Positions 51,685-64,000 of a DNA stretch of 64,000 bases are shown here, piece by piece (position 1 is the stretch's first letter; every line of letters begins with the position of its first letter). The notes beneath the pieces are model-generated. The model was given only the letters and a program-made list of their open reading frames with translations, made no database searches and was not told the DNA's origin. Source of the DNA: Octopus vulgaris (taxonomy: Eukaryota); the NCBI GenBank assembly GCA_951406725.2, contig OX597820.1, positions 42,594,001 to 42,658,000 of the forward strand. Reading direction: 5' to 3'. A program made the translations under genes and the position numbers.

Positions 51685-54169
51685 CCAGTGGTAGCATATT
51701 AGATATTTTTCTGGATGAACATTTTGGAGCTCAAAAGTTTGTCTATATATTCTTGCAACTAAATAGGAACCTAAAATATAGAGCGAATATATAGTACATT
51801 TTAATATAGTACGTAGTCACATTTGATCGTGAGTGATGGCTGGCCATAACAGTTCATAGTGAATGGCGAACACATGTCAAGCGGACAGCATTAAAAAGAG
51901 AAACCAATTAGCCATAATCATGCGGCGAGGAAAAGCTATAATAGTCTATGTCAAATGCTATTTTCACTACTTCAGTAAAAGCGAGAGAGAATATCCAAAA
52001 TGTATATGTCTTTTTTATGATCATATAAGCAAAACATATTTGTCAAAGTAACTATCGAATTCAGCTAGAAAAAATACAAAATAAATGTCTATTTGTTAAC
52101 ATGTTTTTGTAGAATTATATAGTTGTTTAACAAATAACTGGGTGTATACCGTAAAAGTGCGAAAATGAATTGAATGACAGGTTTTGCAATACAATCGTAT
52201 GTAAAATATTCTTAGCTTTGCAAGCTCTATTATCCAGGGGGAAAAAATAAGAATAATACAAATATAAGATAATACCTTTCAGAGTCAATTTCAAGTTCGA
52301 TGCTAAGAATTAATGAACGCAAATTATTTAAAAAGCCATGAGGCAAGTTATTGGAATTGCTATTGATTTGGGTAGGTAAATCAAACATTAATTTTTCTGC
52401 AACTTCTGTGTGTACACAGGAGCGCGAGCGCACACAAACATATATATCTTTAATACATTTGTAGCTTAAACAGTCCTCAGCATGGAGTTCGCTGCCATAC
52501 ATAGCTCCTGGACAGGTATTGCCACTCCTGCGTCACTATGAGGCGCTAAAGTTAGCTTTTGCAAGGGATATATGAATATATTTAAATATATGTAAGCAGC
52601 GGGCCGTACACACTCATTAATAAAATTTTCCAAGGTACTCGAGAACTCATGCCACTTGAGGAGGCTACTCGAACCAATCATATCGGTGACGTATTCAATT
52701 ACAATTTTTTTAACGTTGCTTTTGCTAGTACAGGAACAATTATATTTAGTTACGTATTGTAATTGCGATCTTCACCTTGTAGGGGTCCGTAGATATTACA
52801 TAAACTCCATTTCTTGATTTGCAGTGGATCATCCTGGCTTTTGCATAAAACCTCCTACGTATTTCATCTACAATACTATACTCCTTCATCCTTTCTTCGA
52901 GTTTCGCTTTGGGCAGTAATGTCGATATTGTATCGCTTTAGGTCTGTTGCGGGCTATTCTTTTCACATATATATTATGGAGCAGAGGGCGATAATTCCAC
53001 GAGGCAGAGGAGAGAATATCCTTTTGTTATATACTTTTATTCTAGTATTTGTGGTTTCAGTACCGGAGAAGGTGACGATACGCTGAAAGAGATCGCAAGA
53101 CCGAGTGGAATAACAGCAAGTATTCTATAAGCTGTTTTATCTACACTTCCTGATTGTTTTAGCTAAACACTACAACGACCATCATGTTTAATCGTATGCA
53201 GGTTGTATCTTAAAACTGACACTGTTATGTGCTTTCCACCAACAATGAATGTGGACAACAGAGAGAAATGTGCATAAGGAATTCTTCGAGTTGATGAAGA
53301 TGTGCCAACGCCACAAATTTAACTTCAAGCAATTTTTCGTACTGTAAGAGGATTACCCAGGTCACTTAATATACATCCATTGCTGTAAACTGTTGGCTCC
53401 TTATATATTGAGATTCGGCTTGAATTCATTATTCCACTGGTAGTATAAGTTTGCAAGTCAATGCATTTAGCCCACTGATCCATCTCTACAGTTATACTAC
53501 TAAGAATATATTCCATCTTTTATCTTTTACATATAACTGGCACTATATGTCGGCCATGTTGTGACATCGCTTTGAATGGTTTTATGCGACAAAATCAGCA
53601 CAAGTAGTCATGTTTTAAGTGAAGTCTTTAATCTATCGGCTTATTTTGCCTAAATGGTAACTTTCAGGAACTTGCGCTAAGGCCCGTTGTCAAGCAGTGG
53701 GGAGGATTCAAACACAGGCAGAAACACACAGACACAAGCAGACACACACAGAAACATACACATACACAAAAGCACACACAAATACACACACTCTTGCACA
53801 CGCACATACACACACACACGTATACACACACACAAACATGACGAAGTTGCATTGTTTCTGTCTACCAAATTTACTAACAAAACATTGGTGTGTCCGGGGC
53901 TGTTGCGCAATATGATTGAACCCAGAATCACATGGTAGCGAAGTGAGCTTTTTAACTACACTGCTATGATTGCCTATACGATATTTGTATACATTCTGTT
54001 ATAGTCCAAATCAAATCCTGAACCGAGTGATGCATTGTGCTCTTGAGCAAAACACTTCATCTCACGTTGGTCTGTCATTACTTTGACACCTTCCTTGTGA
54101 AAACCGCGTGTACCTGATCAGAAGGTATTAGTGGTCCTTTTTTACATCGAGACTGAAAATTTTAGTAAA

Positions 54170-54490
54170 GAAAATAGGGTGAAGTGATCGAACAAGAATT
54201 TGAAAATGTTCACCAAACAAGATGCTAACACCTTGTTTGGTGAACATTGATTTAGCTACAAATCAATCCACCACACAAGGCAAGCTTGGCTGACTCTAAC
54301 GTTTGACTGTTTGATCTCATAAAAATAGTCTTTGAATAAAAAGATTTTTTTAACACAGAAGATGTAACAGAGGCTGAGAAGAATTGGATAAAATAATGCA
54401 CACCTTAATATTTTCAAAGCGGATTCGAGTCATGGGCTGAACGACGGCGCGAATGCATCTGTTCTGAGGAAGACTCTGGTGAGTAACACA
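54170..54490 (+). mobile_element. Decayed mariner transposase C-terminal fragment
   Basis: Remnants of PPH..SLADSNV*LF (PPYSPDLAPSDF-like), RF...EDV and FQSGFESWAERRREC. Confidence 0.5.
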
Positions 54491-55272
54491 CTTGTGTTGG
54501 GAGAGAGTTATTTTGCAGATATAAGCAATGAAAAGTGACTTACGTCAATTGATAAAGTTTAAGTCCGCTTTGCATTAGTTTCCGTACAACATTCGTATCC
54601 ATCCATACATGCAAATGCACACATACATGCACACATAATATACATGTAAGTCTATGTACGTGGGTTGGATTCTGCTTTGAGTGCAAATCTACGTATATGC
54701 ATAACTTATGAATAGCGCTTGAGGAACGTAGTGACACTCAAACGTCCGTTCATACACGTTACACTCGTATACACATACGCAAACAATATCATTCATGAAC
54801 ACTCCTTCCTGAATGCATATTCTTACAAAAACTCAGTTATGTATATGTGTATGTGTGTGTGTTTAGTATATATTGAGTGTATATATATATATATATTTAC
54901 ATATTGATGTATATAACTACATATGAATATATTTTGTATATACTACACGGACACGTATATATATATATATATATATATAGTAATTATATATATATATAGT
55001 AAATATATATATATATATATATATATATTTACATATTGATATTTACAATTACATATGCATATATTTTATATATACTACACAGACACGTACATATAGTAAA
55101 TATAGTAAATACATATATACGTGTGTTTGTGTAGTTTATATAGAGAGTAAATATACATATATCTATATGTATTTACATATTTATGTATGTATGTATGCAT
55201 GCATACGTATGTTTGTATGCATGTAAGTATATGTATATATATATATATATACATATATACATATATATATAC

Positions 55273-55354
<82 letters not shown>

Positions 55355-55516
55355 CGCATTCGTACACACCTACACTTAATTTTAACTTTTGATCATTATC
55401 AATCATCCAATTAGCTTGTATTAATTTAGATGTAAGCCAATGTTTTCCTATCTCTGATACCGCAAAATTTTTCTGTAAAGGCATCTAATAACAACAACAA
55501 CAACAACAACAACAAC

Positions 55517-55560
<44 letters not shown>

Positions 55561-56696
55561 TAATAATAATAAGTACAACGTCAACAGCAGCAGCTGCGTT
55601 TAATAGTAAACAAAACGAAGGAAAATCCAAGCTAAGAATTTTAAAAATATATACAATATTCCTGTAATCACAGCTTCTTTCAATCCATTACTGTTCGGTT
55701 CTATAGTAACCGGCTTGCAATATCATACAGTACCATATTCAGAAAGACTCTTCACACGTTAGTACTTAAATATGCTCTATTCTTTACTTCCTCAGAATTT
55801 TCTATTAACCCGGTATATATGACGATTTGGTACTGCTCTCTATTTCGATGTTGCATTCGTTTCGTTGTCATTTTTTTTTTTTTTTTTGATATTGATCCTC
55901 CTTTTCATTTTGTCCACTTGTGTTCTGTCGAATGGATTTTCAGCATCTTTCTTTTATTTTTACTTTGTTTTCTTCTCTCTCGCTCTCTTTTCTGTTCTTT
56001 TTTTTCTTTCTCTCTCGTTTTCTTTCCTCCTCTCTCACTCTCTTCTTTTTTTGTTTCTTTCTCTCTTGCTCTCTTCTTTCTTTCTTTCTTCCTTTATTTC
56101 TTACTTTCTTTCTTTCTTCCTTTCTTTCTTTCTGTCTTTCTTTCTTTCTGCTTTTTCTCCTCTTTCACCTCTTTCACCCACTGTTTTATGTTGCTGATAT
56201 TCTCGGTTTCACAATCATCTATTCGCTCCATTTCATTTAAGCGTCTTAGATATCCTTCAAAGAGCTATTTTTATCATTTCCTTAAATCATTCTAATTATT
56301 TATATTTATTTACTTATTAAATCTTATTATTTCACACATTTTATATTCACTCATTTGATTATTAATACTTTTTTTTTATTTTAAAAAGAAAATCGAATGT
56401 ATTATTTAGCTTTTTTCTTCCAGTAATTCTTTCCCTGCTAAAATCTAGTTCGCCTCTAAGTTGATGTTGTTATTGTTGTTGCTGTATATGTTGATTTCTT
56501 CTTGTTTTTGCTCTTCTTCTTCTTCATCATCATCTTCTCCCTCCTCTTCCTACCTCCAACATCCCTCTACACATCCTCCTCTGGAAGGGTGTTGTTTCAA
56601 ATATTAGGGGCTACATTGCTTGCTTCAAATACAAAGATTACGTAACTTCCTTCACAAATTTGAATAATAGACATTTACATGTTAAAAATAGATTGG

Positions 56697-57307
56697 TTTC
56701 AAATTTTTGAACAGGGCCAGCAGATTTAGGGGAGCAGTAAGTTGGTTACATCGACCCCAGTAGTCAACTGGTACTTACTTTATCGATTTCGAAGGGAAGA
56801 AAGGCAAAGCCGACCATGGTAGAAAATCCATGTAGGATTTGAAGTAGGACGAAATGCCATGAAGTATTTTTCCCGACGTGCTAACGATTCTTATTTCTTT
56901 ATTGCCCACAAAGGGCTACACACAGAGGGGACAAACAAGGACAGACAAAGGGATTAAGTCGATTACATCGACTCCAGTGCGTAACTGGTACTTATTTAAT
57001 CGACCCCGAAAGGATTAAAGGCAAAGTCGACCTCGGCGGAATTTAAACTCAGAACGTAAGGGGAGACGAAATACATATGTCTTTACTACCCACGAGGGGC
57101 TAAACACAGAGGGGACAAACAAGGACAGACAAACGGATTTAGTCGATTATATCGACCCCAGTGCGTAACTAGTACCTATTTAATCGACCCCGAAAGGATG
57201 AAAGGCAAAGTCGACCTCGGCGGAATTTGAACTCAGAACGTAGCGGCAGGCGAAATACCGCTAAGCATTTCGCCCGACGTGCTAACGTTCCTGCCAGCTC
57301 ACCGCCT
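56697..57307 (-). mobile_element. Chain of three minus-strand SINE units
   Basis: Repeated cgaaagga..aaaggcaaagtcgacctcggcggaattt.aactcagaacgta cores; units at ~56697-56890, ~56892-57075 and ~57078-57307. Confidence 0.9.
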
Positions 57308-58144
57308 TTGTTAAAGATATACTGGAGAACGTTAACGACTGTATGCTTTATCGAAGCATTAAACATTACCTTTTGTATGAGATTTAAATATATCCCACAA
57401 ACAAAGCAAGCATCAATCTCATCCTCAGCATATTTAGTAGTATTTTATTTCATACAAGCGTCTGGTATATTTACAATTAAAATTTCCATATTCCTAAATC
57501 AGATATTCAAGGCTTGGTAAAGTCTGTCTAATTTGTTGCAATGCAACATTTGTTTATATTTAACTTAAATGCAAAATTTAAACAATTTAACAGTATCTAT
57601 AAAATCTATTCTCGAATTGTTTGCTCGTTTTCTGTTTGAAACCGTTTTCGCTAATCAATTTTATTGTGTATGAATCCAGTTTAGCAGCGATTGCTAACAC
57701 GTTAAGTCTTTTGCAGGGTTTCTTTTATAATTCATGTGCATTACCTTTAATTAATGACTGATGGAATTTCTAAACATCTTATTTGTTCAAGTTGACGTTT
57801 CCTGTTATAATCTTTTTTTGTCATTTCATACAATTTGTCACTCATTTCCATGCAGGATGTAGAATTACAACCAAGCACTTTACGCATGGTAAGAAAATTC
57901 TACCATGCGCTAGCTGTCTAAATTTCTGTCATGCATTATTCTTTAGAATGTGAGATAACGAGAATTCTGTGAGCCATTGATGGAAGAGACTATATGCCGC
58001 CCGTCATTACGTATCTAGAAGTAGAACATTGTCTTCTATTGGCGAGAAAACATGCAGAGTAATGATATTGTATAGTCGATTGTACGCAATAATATTTTCA
58101 TATTTTCAAAATATGCCCAAGGCACATCATCATCATCATCATCA

Positions 58145-58177
<33 letters not shown>

Positions 58178-58236
58178 TCGTCATCATCATTATTATTATT
58201 ATGGTTATTATTACTATGATGAATATTATTATTAAA

Positions 58237-58900
58237 GGCGATGAGCTGGCAGTCTCGTTAGCACGCCGGGCAAACCGCTTAGCGGTATTTCGTCTGTCTT
58301 TACGTTCTGAGTCCAAATTCCGCCGAGGTTGACTTTGCTTTTCATCCTTTCGGGTTCGATAAAATAAGTACCAATCGAGTACCGAAGTCGATGTAATCTA
58401 CTTAAGCCCTTGTCAAGAAATTGTTGGCCTTGTGCCAAATTCTTTTGAAAAACAGAAAAAGCCGCGAAATGGCAGCATCGTTAGTACGTCGGACGTAATG
58501 CGTAACAGAATTTCGTCTGCATTCACGTTCTGAGTTCAAGTAACGCCGGGGTCGACTTTGCCTTTCATCATATAGGGTCAATAAAAATAAGTACCAGTTG
58601 AGCGCTGGGGACAATGTAATCGACTTATCTCGTCCCCACAAATTTCAGGCCTTGTGCATATAGTTAAACGTATTATTATTGTTGTTATTATTGTTAAGGC
58701 AGTGAGCTGTCAGATTCGTTGGAGTGCCGAATAAAATGCCTACCGGCATTTCTTTCGCCTTTACATTATGAGTTCAAATTCCGCAGAGGTCAACTTTGCC
58801 TTTCATCTTTTCGGGTCGATAAATTAGGTACAGAGAAGTACTGGAGTCGATGTAATCGACTCATCTACTTCCCCAATATGACTGCCCTTGTGGAAAACTT
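58237..58900 (+). mobile_element. Three head-to-tail SINE copies
   Basis: Units at ~58237-58450, ~58461-58672 and ~58698-58900; the first and third are preceded by TTA-rich runs. Confidence 0.88.
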
Positions 58901-58990
58901 ATTATTATTATTGTTATACTAATAATAATAATAATAAGAAGAAGAAGAAGAAGAAAAAGAAGAAGAAGAAGAACAACAACAACAACAACA

Positions 58991-59080
<90 letters not shown>

Positions 59081-60089
59081 TAACCCTGGCACATTTATCC
59101 AGTCGTTTTCTTTTGTTTTTGGCTTTCGATGAGAGGAAGCATGTCAATATTGTAACAGCATGACTTTCCTAAGGTATTAGTTTCGTGAATAAAAAGAACG
59201 CATTATCACGAAACTGAGATGTGATGGGAAAAACCTCCGAAGGTTACCAGTACTTTTCCTTCTTCGATAAACTGAGAAATGAAAAAAAAAATAGAACTTA
59301 AGATTTTCTGAAACTAGCTACAGTTAATATGTAAGAAATGGATTATCATCCCTAACGTTGCGTTTACACTTCCAGCGTTTCCAGCACACCATATTGTAAT
59401 TGCATGTGATCAAACAGCAAAACTATATTTTGTATGGTACAACTAACTATTGAGATATATTACAAGGCCGACACACCGTAAGTTACAGTCGGAAAATATT
59501 CAAAAGATCAAAGGAACATATATCATTCATAGAGGATACAATTAGAATGCATAGTAAATAGGTACGTTTTTCCATCAAAATGGCTACCTATGATGAAATG
59601 CATTAAAAATCTTTTACCATTTTCTGGTTGTTCAATTCTCCCTGAGGAGTCAAAAGAAGTTATAGGACCTAAGCAAAAACAGATATAAATATATTAATTA
59701 AATGTCTCTAGTTCCAATGAATGTTAGAGCTGTATAATATACATTATTACATGTAAATGGTTTTAATACACTAGCTACACAGAGAGAATACATTAACTGA
59801 ACCACTGTGCATCATTTGTAATGTAATCTAAGTACACTTTGAACCAGTCCCTAAACGTAACTTCTTAATGATGTATTTTTACTTTAAGCGCACATAATAG
59901 GTCCATGTAGTTTCTGGTCGCTTCATGGCAATATTTTCTCATATATAAAAAATACAAAAATGGGACAAGAACGCAAACCACCTCAGTAACAACAGCAACA
60001 GCCACCACGGCAACAACTGCAATGGCAGCCATCACAGCAACAACAACAATCACCTCAGCCAAAACAGCAACAACAGAAACAACAACCAT

Positions 60090-62632
60090 CACAGCAAGAA
60101 CAATAACTAACTTAGCCGCAACCTTTAGCACTCCTTAATTGGTGACCTACTTAATGAAACGGTTAACTTTTCAGATTCCAGCTATTCACAGCTCATTCAA
60201 CCATAGTTTGTTACCCACGCATCAAACCTTCAAGAATAGCAACATGACTCACAACAACAACAATTACAGCTACAACAACAACCACAAAAACAGCAACAGA
60301 CAGACCTTCAATCTACTACTATCCCAATTTGAGTTCAACAAAACTAAATGCTTACTTGATGATTCCTTAATGAATTTGCCAAACACAAATGTACACAAAT
60401 TAAAATCTATGCCTTTCACAGCCTCACTACGCAAGAAGCTGTGCACTGACGCCGATTGCAAATTCACTCATTTATCAAGGACTAGACCCTCAATTCCTGC
60501 TCCCAACAACAGTTATTACAAAAGTGCAGATTCAAAAACAACAGTACCACCACCCTCACCAAAAAGTAAACCAAACTTTAAAAAAAACACTCATTTAAAA
60601 CGGAACCCTAAAACCAGCCGCTATTCCCAGCATGATGGATTGTCTACAGCCATGTTGGTCACTTAACTATCTCGTCGCACAAATAAAAATATAAATATCA
60701 CCCCTAACCAATACAAAACCCACAACCACAAACGTTTTCAGTTTCCCAAACAAAACTTTTTTAGCCATAACGAATCTGGGAAAAGAGCTGCATAAGAACA
60801 TTCTAGTCATCACACAATGCCAGCCTCTACCACCAACCTATTGCGCAAACTCCTATTGCTGCCATTAATTAGCAAATCACAAAAAAAGAACAGTCAAAAT
60901 CAGCAACCACAATCGCCTCAACATTTTTGCTCAATGCACAAGGTATCAGTCCTTCCATTAATGTCCAAAAATGGAAGATCCGATTTATTGAGGATTGGGT
61001 TAATTACCATTCACACCATATCCCTTTCTTCGTCCCCACAGAGACCCATTTCAATAACCTCCACTTGGAAGCTGAGGTGAGAGTGAAAAACTTTACAGCT
61101 ATCTGTGCAAATCGTGTTGGCAGAAGAAAGGGTGGGACTACCATTTTCGTGTACGATTCTTTTTCGGCTGGAGCAATGGAGGTATTTACCAATAGCTGCT
61201 GTGAAACAAAATCTCTTTAGAGTAAAACCAACAATTTAACAGTAGTTGGGATCTATAAGCCACCCTTAACTCATTTTCTACGTTGCAAGGAATGCCTCAA
61301 CAGTATTAAATGTTTCATCCATCAGTGTCCATGGCGACAACATATAATAACGATGGAGGACTTCAACTTTCCCAGTGTTGATTGGTCCACAAACAGCATA
61401 AAACCAGATTTTTCCACCTCAACCCCTGATAAGGAAGCAATCAAACTGCTTCTTTATTTCCTGACCCAACTTTTTCTCGAGTCAACAAGATGTTACAAAA
61501 ACACCTTGGACCTAGTATCTAGTAACCACGCTGATATTATCCACAATATTGCAGTTGAAAAAACACCTCCACTATCAGACCATGACATGGTTCTCTATGA
61601 TCTGAGATTCTACCATCCAAAGATCAAACCCAATGATATCTCTCCAGCCTGTCCATTTGACACTATGTATCTTCATAACGCAGACTGGAATGCGATCAAT
61701 CGTAATCTTTCACAAGTTAATTGGGCCTTCACGCTGGCACCCCCAACATAAACACATTATGACAGACATTTGTAGAAACTGTAACAAATATACGCGCAAA
61801 ACATACCCCATTAAGCTCAGTAAACATTTGCTAAGTGCAGAATCCGTAGAAATAGAAGAGCAATTATCAGTAAAATAAAAACAATTAACAAGAAAATCAA
61901 CAAGCGTAAATATTGCCAGCAGCAACGCAGCCATTCGATTGCCATTGCATAACTCGAATCGAAAAAGCACAAAGTCCAAAAAAGCATGATGACCACCATT
62001 AACAAACAAAAAGCAGGTGAGGAGAATTGGGCCATTGAGGAAATAAAACTCTATCCCAAAGTGTTCTTTTCATTTGCAAAAGAAACATAAAGTCGCTGTT
62101 TCAAATGTTGGTCCTCTGCTTGATCAGTGCTCTACATGATACAAAATCCATTGACTATTGGGGTCGACTAAAAAAGCTTAATCTCTACTCTCTCCAACGC
62201 CGCCGAGAGCACTACATCATTCCGTGATGTGAAAAATATTCCATCAATAGTGCACAACCGATGTTAGCATCAATTTTAAAACCCAGCCATTACTTGGCCC
62301 CTGTGCTATCCGCACACAACAATCGAACTCAGGACACATACACACATCAGGACACAATTACTTTACCTCAACGAGTCCGGCTCCCTTTCATATTATACCA
62401 AAATACGTCAAAACGGTAACGGATCCCATAAAATTCAAAACCTCTTTGGACAAATTTCTCCAAAATGTCTCGGACCAGCCTCCTTCACTCGGATATGTCT
62501 CCAATAATAAGAGCTCTTTGCTAGAGTGGGCCACGGCGCCCCATATATGACTTAAAGACTCTACGAGGTGTTACTATTAAGTAAACATGGCCTGGGCCAA
62601 TACTGCCAGAAACCTATCAAAGTTATCACAGT
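60090..62632 (+). mobile_element. CR1/L2-group LINE with the RT core deleted
   Basis: ORF1 relic (CKFTH); APE motifs LNAQGI, TETH, RKGGTTIFV, VGIYKPP, EDFNFPSVDW, TR..NTLDLV and LSDHDMV; linker PKVFFSFAK..VGPLL. It then jumps to the C-terminus (RRREHY, FK.SLDKFL..SDQP..GY). Confidence 0.8.
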
Positions 62633-63326
62633 TATATATACACACGCACATAGATATGTGTATATGTGTATATATTTTATATATATATATATATACATAT
62701 ACATATAGGTATGTATCTCTCTCTCACTCTCTCTCTCTCACTCTCTCTCTCTATATATATATGTATATATATATATATGTTTAAATATGCATGTATAAGT
62801 ACGTATAAATATATATACATATATACATATATACACACACATACACACACACACACAAAAAAAAAAATATATATATCGAGTTAGAAAACAGATAGATCTA
62901 ATGGATACAACTTAATTTACTAATTAATCAACATATTCACCAACAATAATTTCATTTCACAAATAAGATTGAAACTGCAAAACATACAGTAGTGACTAGC
63001 GGTTGTACAAAAAATGCTTGAGGACCATCCGCTATCTATCACTTATAAGACACATGGAAAACAACCCCCTATTACAGAAGAATACGTCGAAACATTTGTA
63101 GTCGCTCTGGTCAACTAGACTCTCCACCAGAGCTGCTCAACTTTGCAAGATATTCAGTGGGAAACATTAGTCCCTCAAAGCCGAAAAACTAGATCGTATC
63201 AAACCATCAATTAGCAAATTGCTTCAAGTCTTCAAAAGGAAAAGAAATACGCGATCAATGAGTCATTAAGACAACAAGACAAACAATGCATACATACATA
63301 AATACATACACGCATACATTTATGTA

Positions 63327-64000
63327 TGTTATTATTCAGTTTAGTTCAAGATTTCCCGCCAATAGAGAAAGAACCGGTTTCTAACCTAGATCCAAGGCTC
63401 CTTCATTGGAATTTCGACATCAATAACAGGGTATTTTTGTATGTATGTATGTATGTATGTGTGTTTGTATGTGCAGATTTGTATGTTTTATTATGTATGC
63501 TTATGCATATAGTTGCATATCTAGACATGCTCATATCTATTTAAATGATAAACTTCTGGAAAGTTTTAAATATGTTTACAGTTCCAGTGATGCATTGGAT
63601 CAGTACTCTTCGAATTAGTTTTCTCCCTTCTGGTTCTGAGAAGCCCAATTTCTGAAGATTGGCATTTAGGCAGTGTGTTACATATCTCAGGGCCCCAATT
63701 ATTACAGGTATAAACCTAAACTAATTATTATAGGTATAAATCTAAACTAATCTGGATAGAGTAACTGCAGATTTCTCAATAGTTCAGCATAGGTATTCTC
63801 ATTTTCACTGATCTTCAGCTTTATGTTAACATCCACTGAGCAGCTAATTTCTACAACTCTGCACAGTTTCTCTTCTCTATCCCAAATCATTATATCAGGT
63901 CTGTTGTCCTTACATTCCACCATCATTCCTTTTTATTACGAGTGGCTATGGCTTCTACCGTATTGTGGGCTCTTATTTCTTTCTTCTCGGGATTATCTTT
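63327..64000 (-). mobile_element. 3' part of an RLE-type LINE (a different family), running off the window end
   Basis: Minus strand encodes NRPDIMIWDREEKLCRVVEISCSVDVNI..ENTYAELLRNLQ..FIPVIIGAL; a 3' UTR follows and ends at a (CATA)n tract. Confidence 0.8.

Noticed and set aside
54893-55092. ~130-bp-period duplication within TA-rich sequence
   Set aside because: Consistent with ordinary slippage or unequal exchange in a microsatellite region.
56697-58900. Regularly recurring ~200-bp units that might suggest a CRISPR-like array
   Set aside because: They are diverged SINE copies in a eukaryotic context, with no constant repeat/unique spacer pattern and no cas genes.

Overview
This is AT-rich, microsatellite-dense animal genomic DNA. 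The repeat families, especially the abundant tRNA-like SINE with the core GAGTTCAAATTCCGCCGAGGTCGACTTTGCCTTTCATCC, suggest an octopus or other coleoid genome; that assignment is an inference. No intact host gene could be established, and almost all ORFs in the supplied track are microsatellite artefacts or transposon debris. Recognisable content: restriction-like-endonuclease (RLE, R4/Dong-type) LINEs in (TAA)n tracts; a near full-length decayed Chapaev3-type DNA transposon inserted into one of them; a Gypsy LTR/gag remnant; L1/Tx1-, CR1/L2- and RTE-like LINE relics; a Penelope GIY-YIG fragment; mariner, pogo and Merlin-like MITEs; and many SINEs. The most interesting signal is a set of short non-coding elements embedded in (TA)n, with direct plus inverted repeats, that carry type I hammerhead ribozyme motifs. 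These are clear at 10197-10277, 26747-26789 and 27016-27058, with decayed copies elsewhere. They resemble Penelope pseudo-LTRs or retrozyme-like non-autonomous retroelements. Family assignments come from motif recognition by eye, not from database searches.
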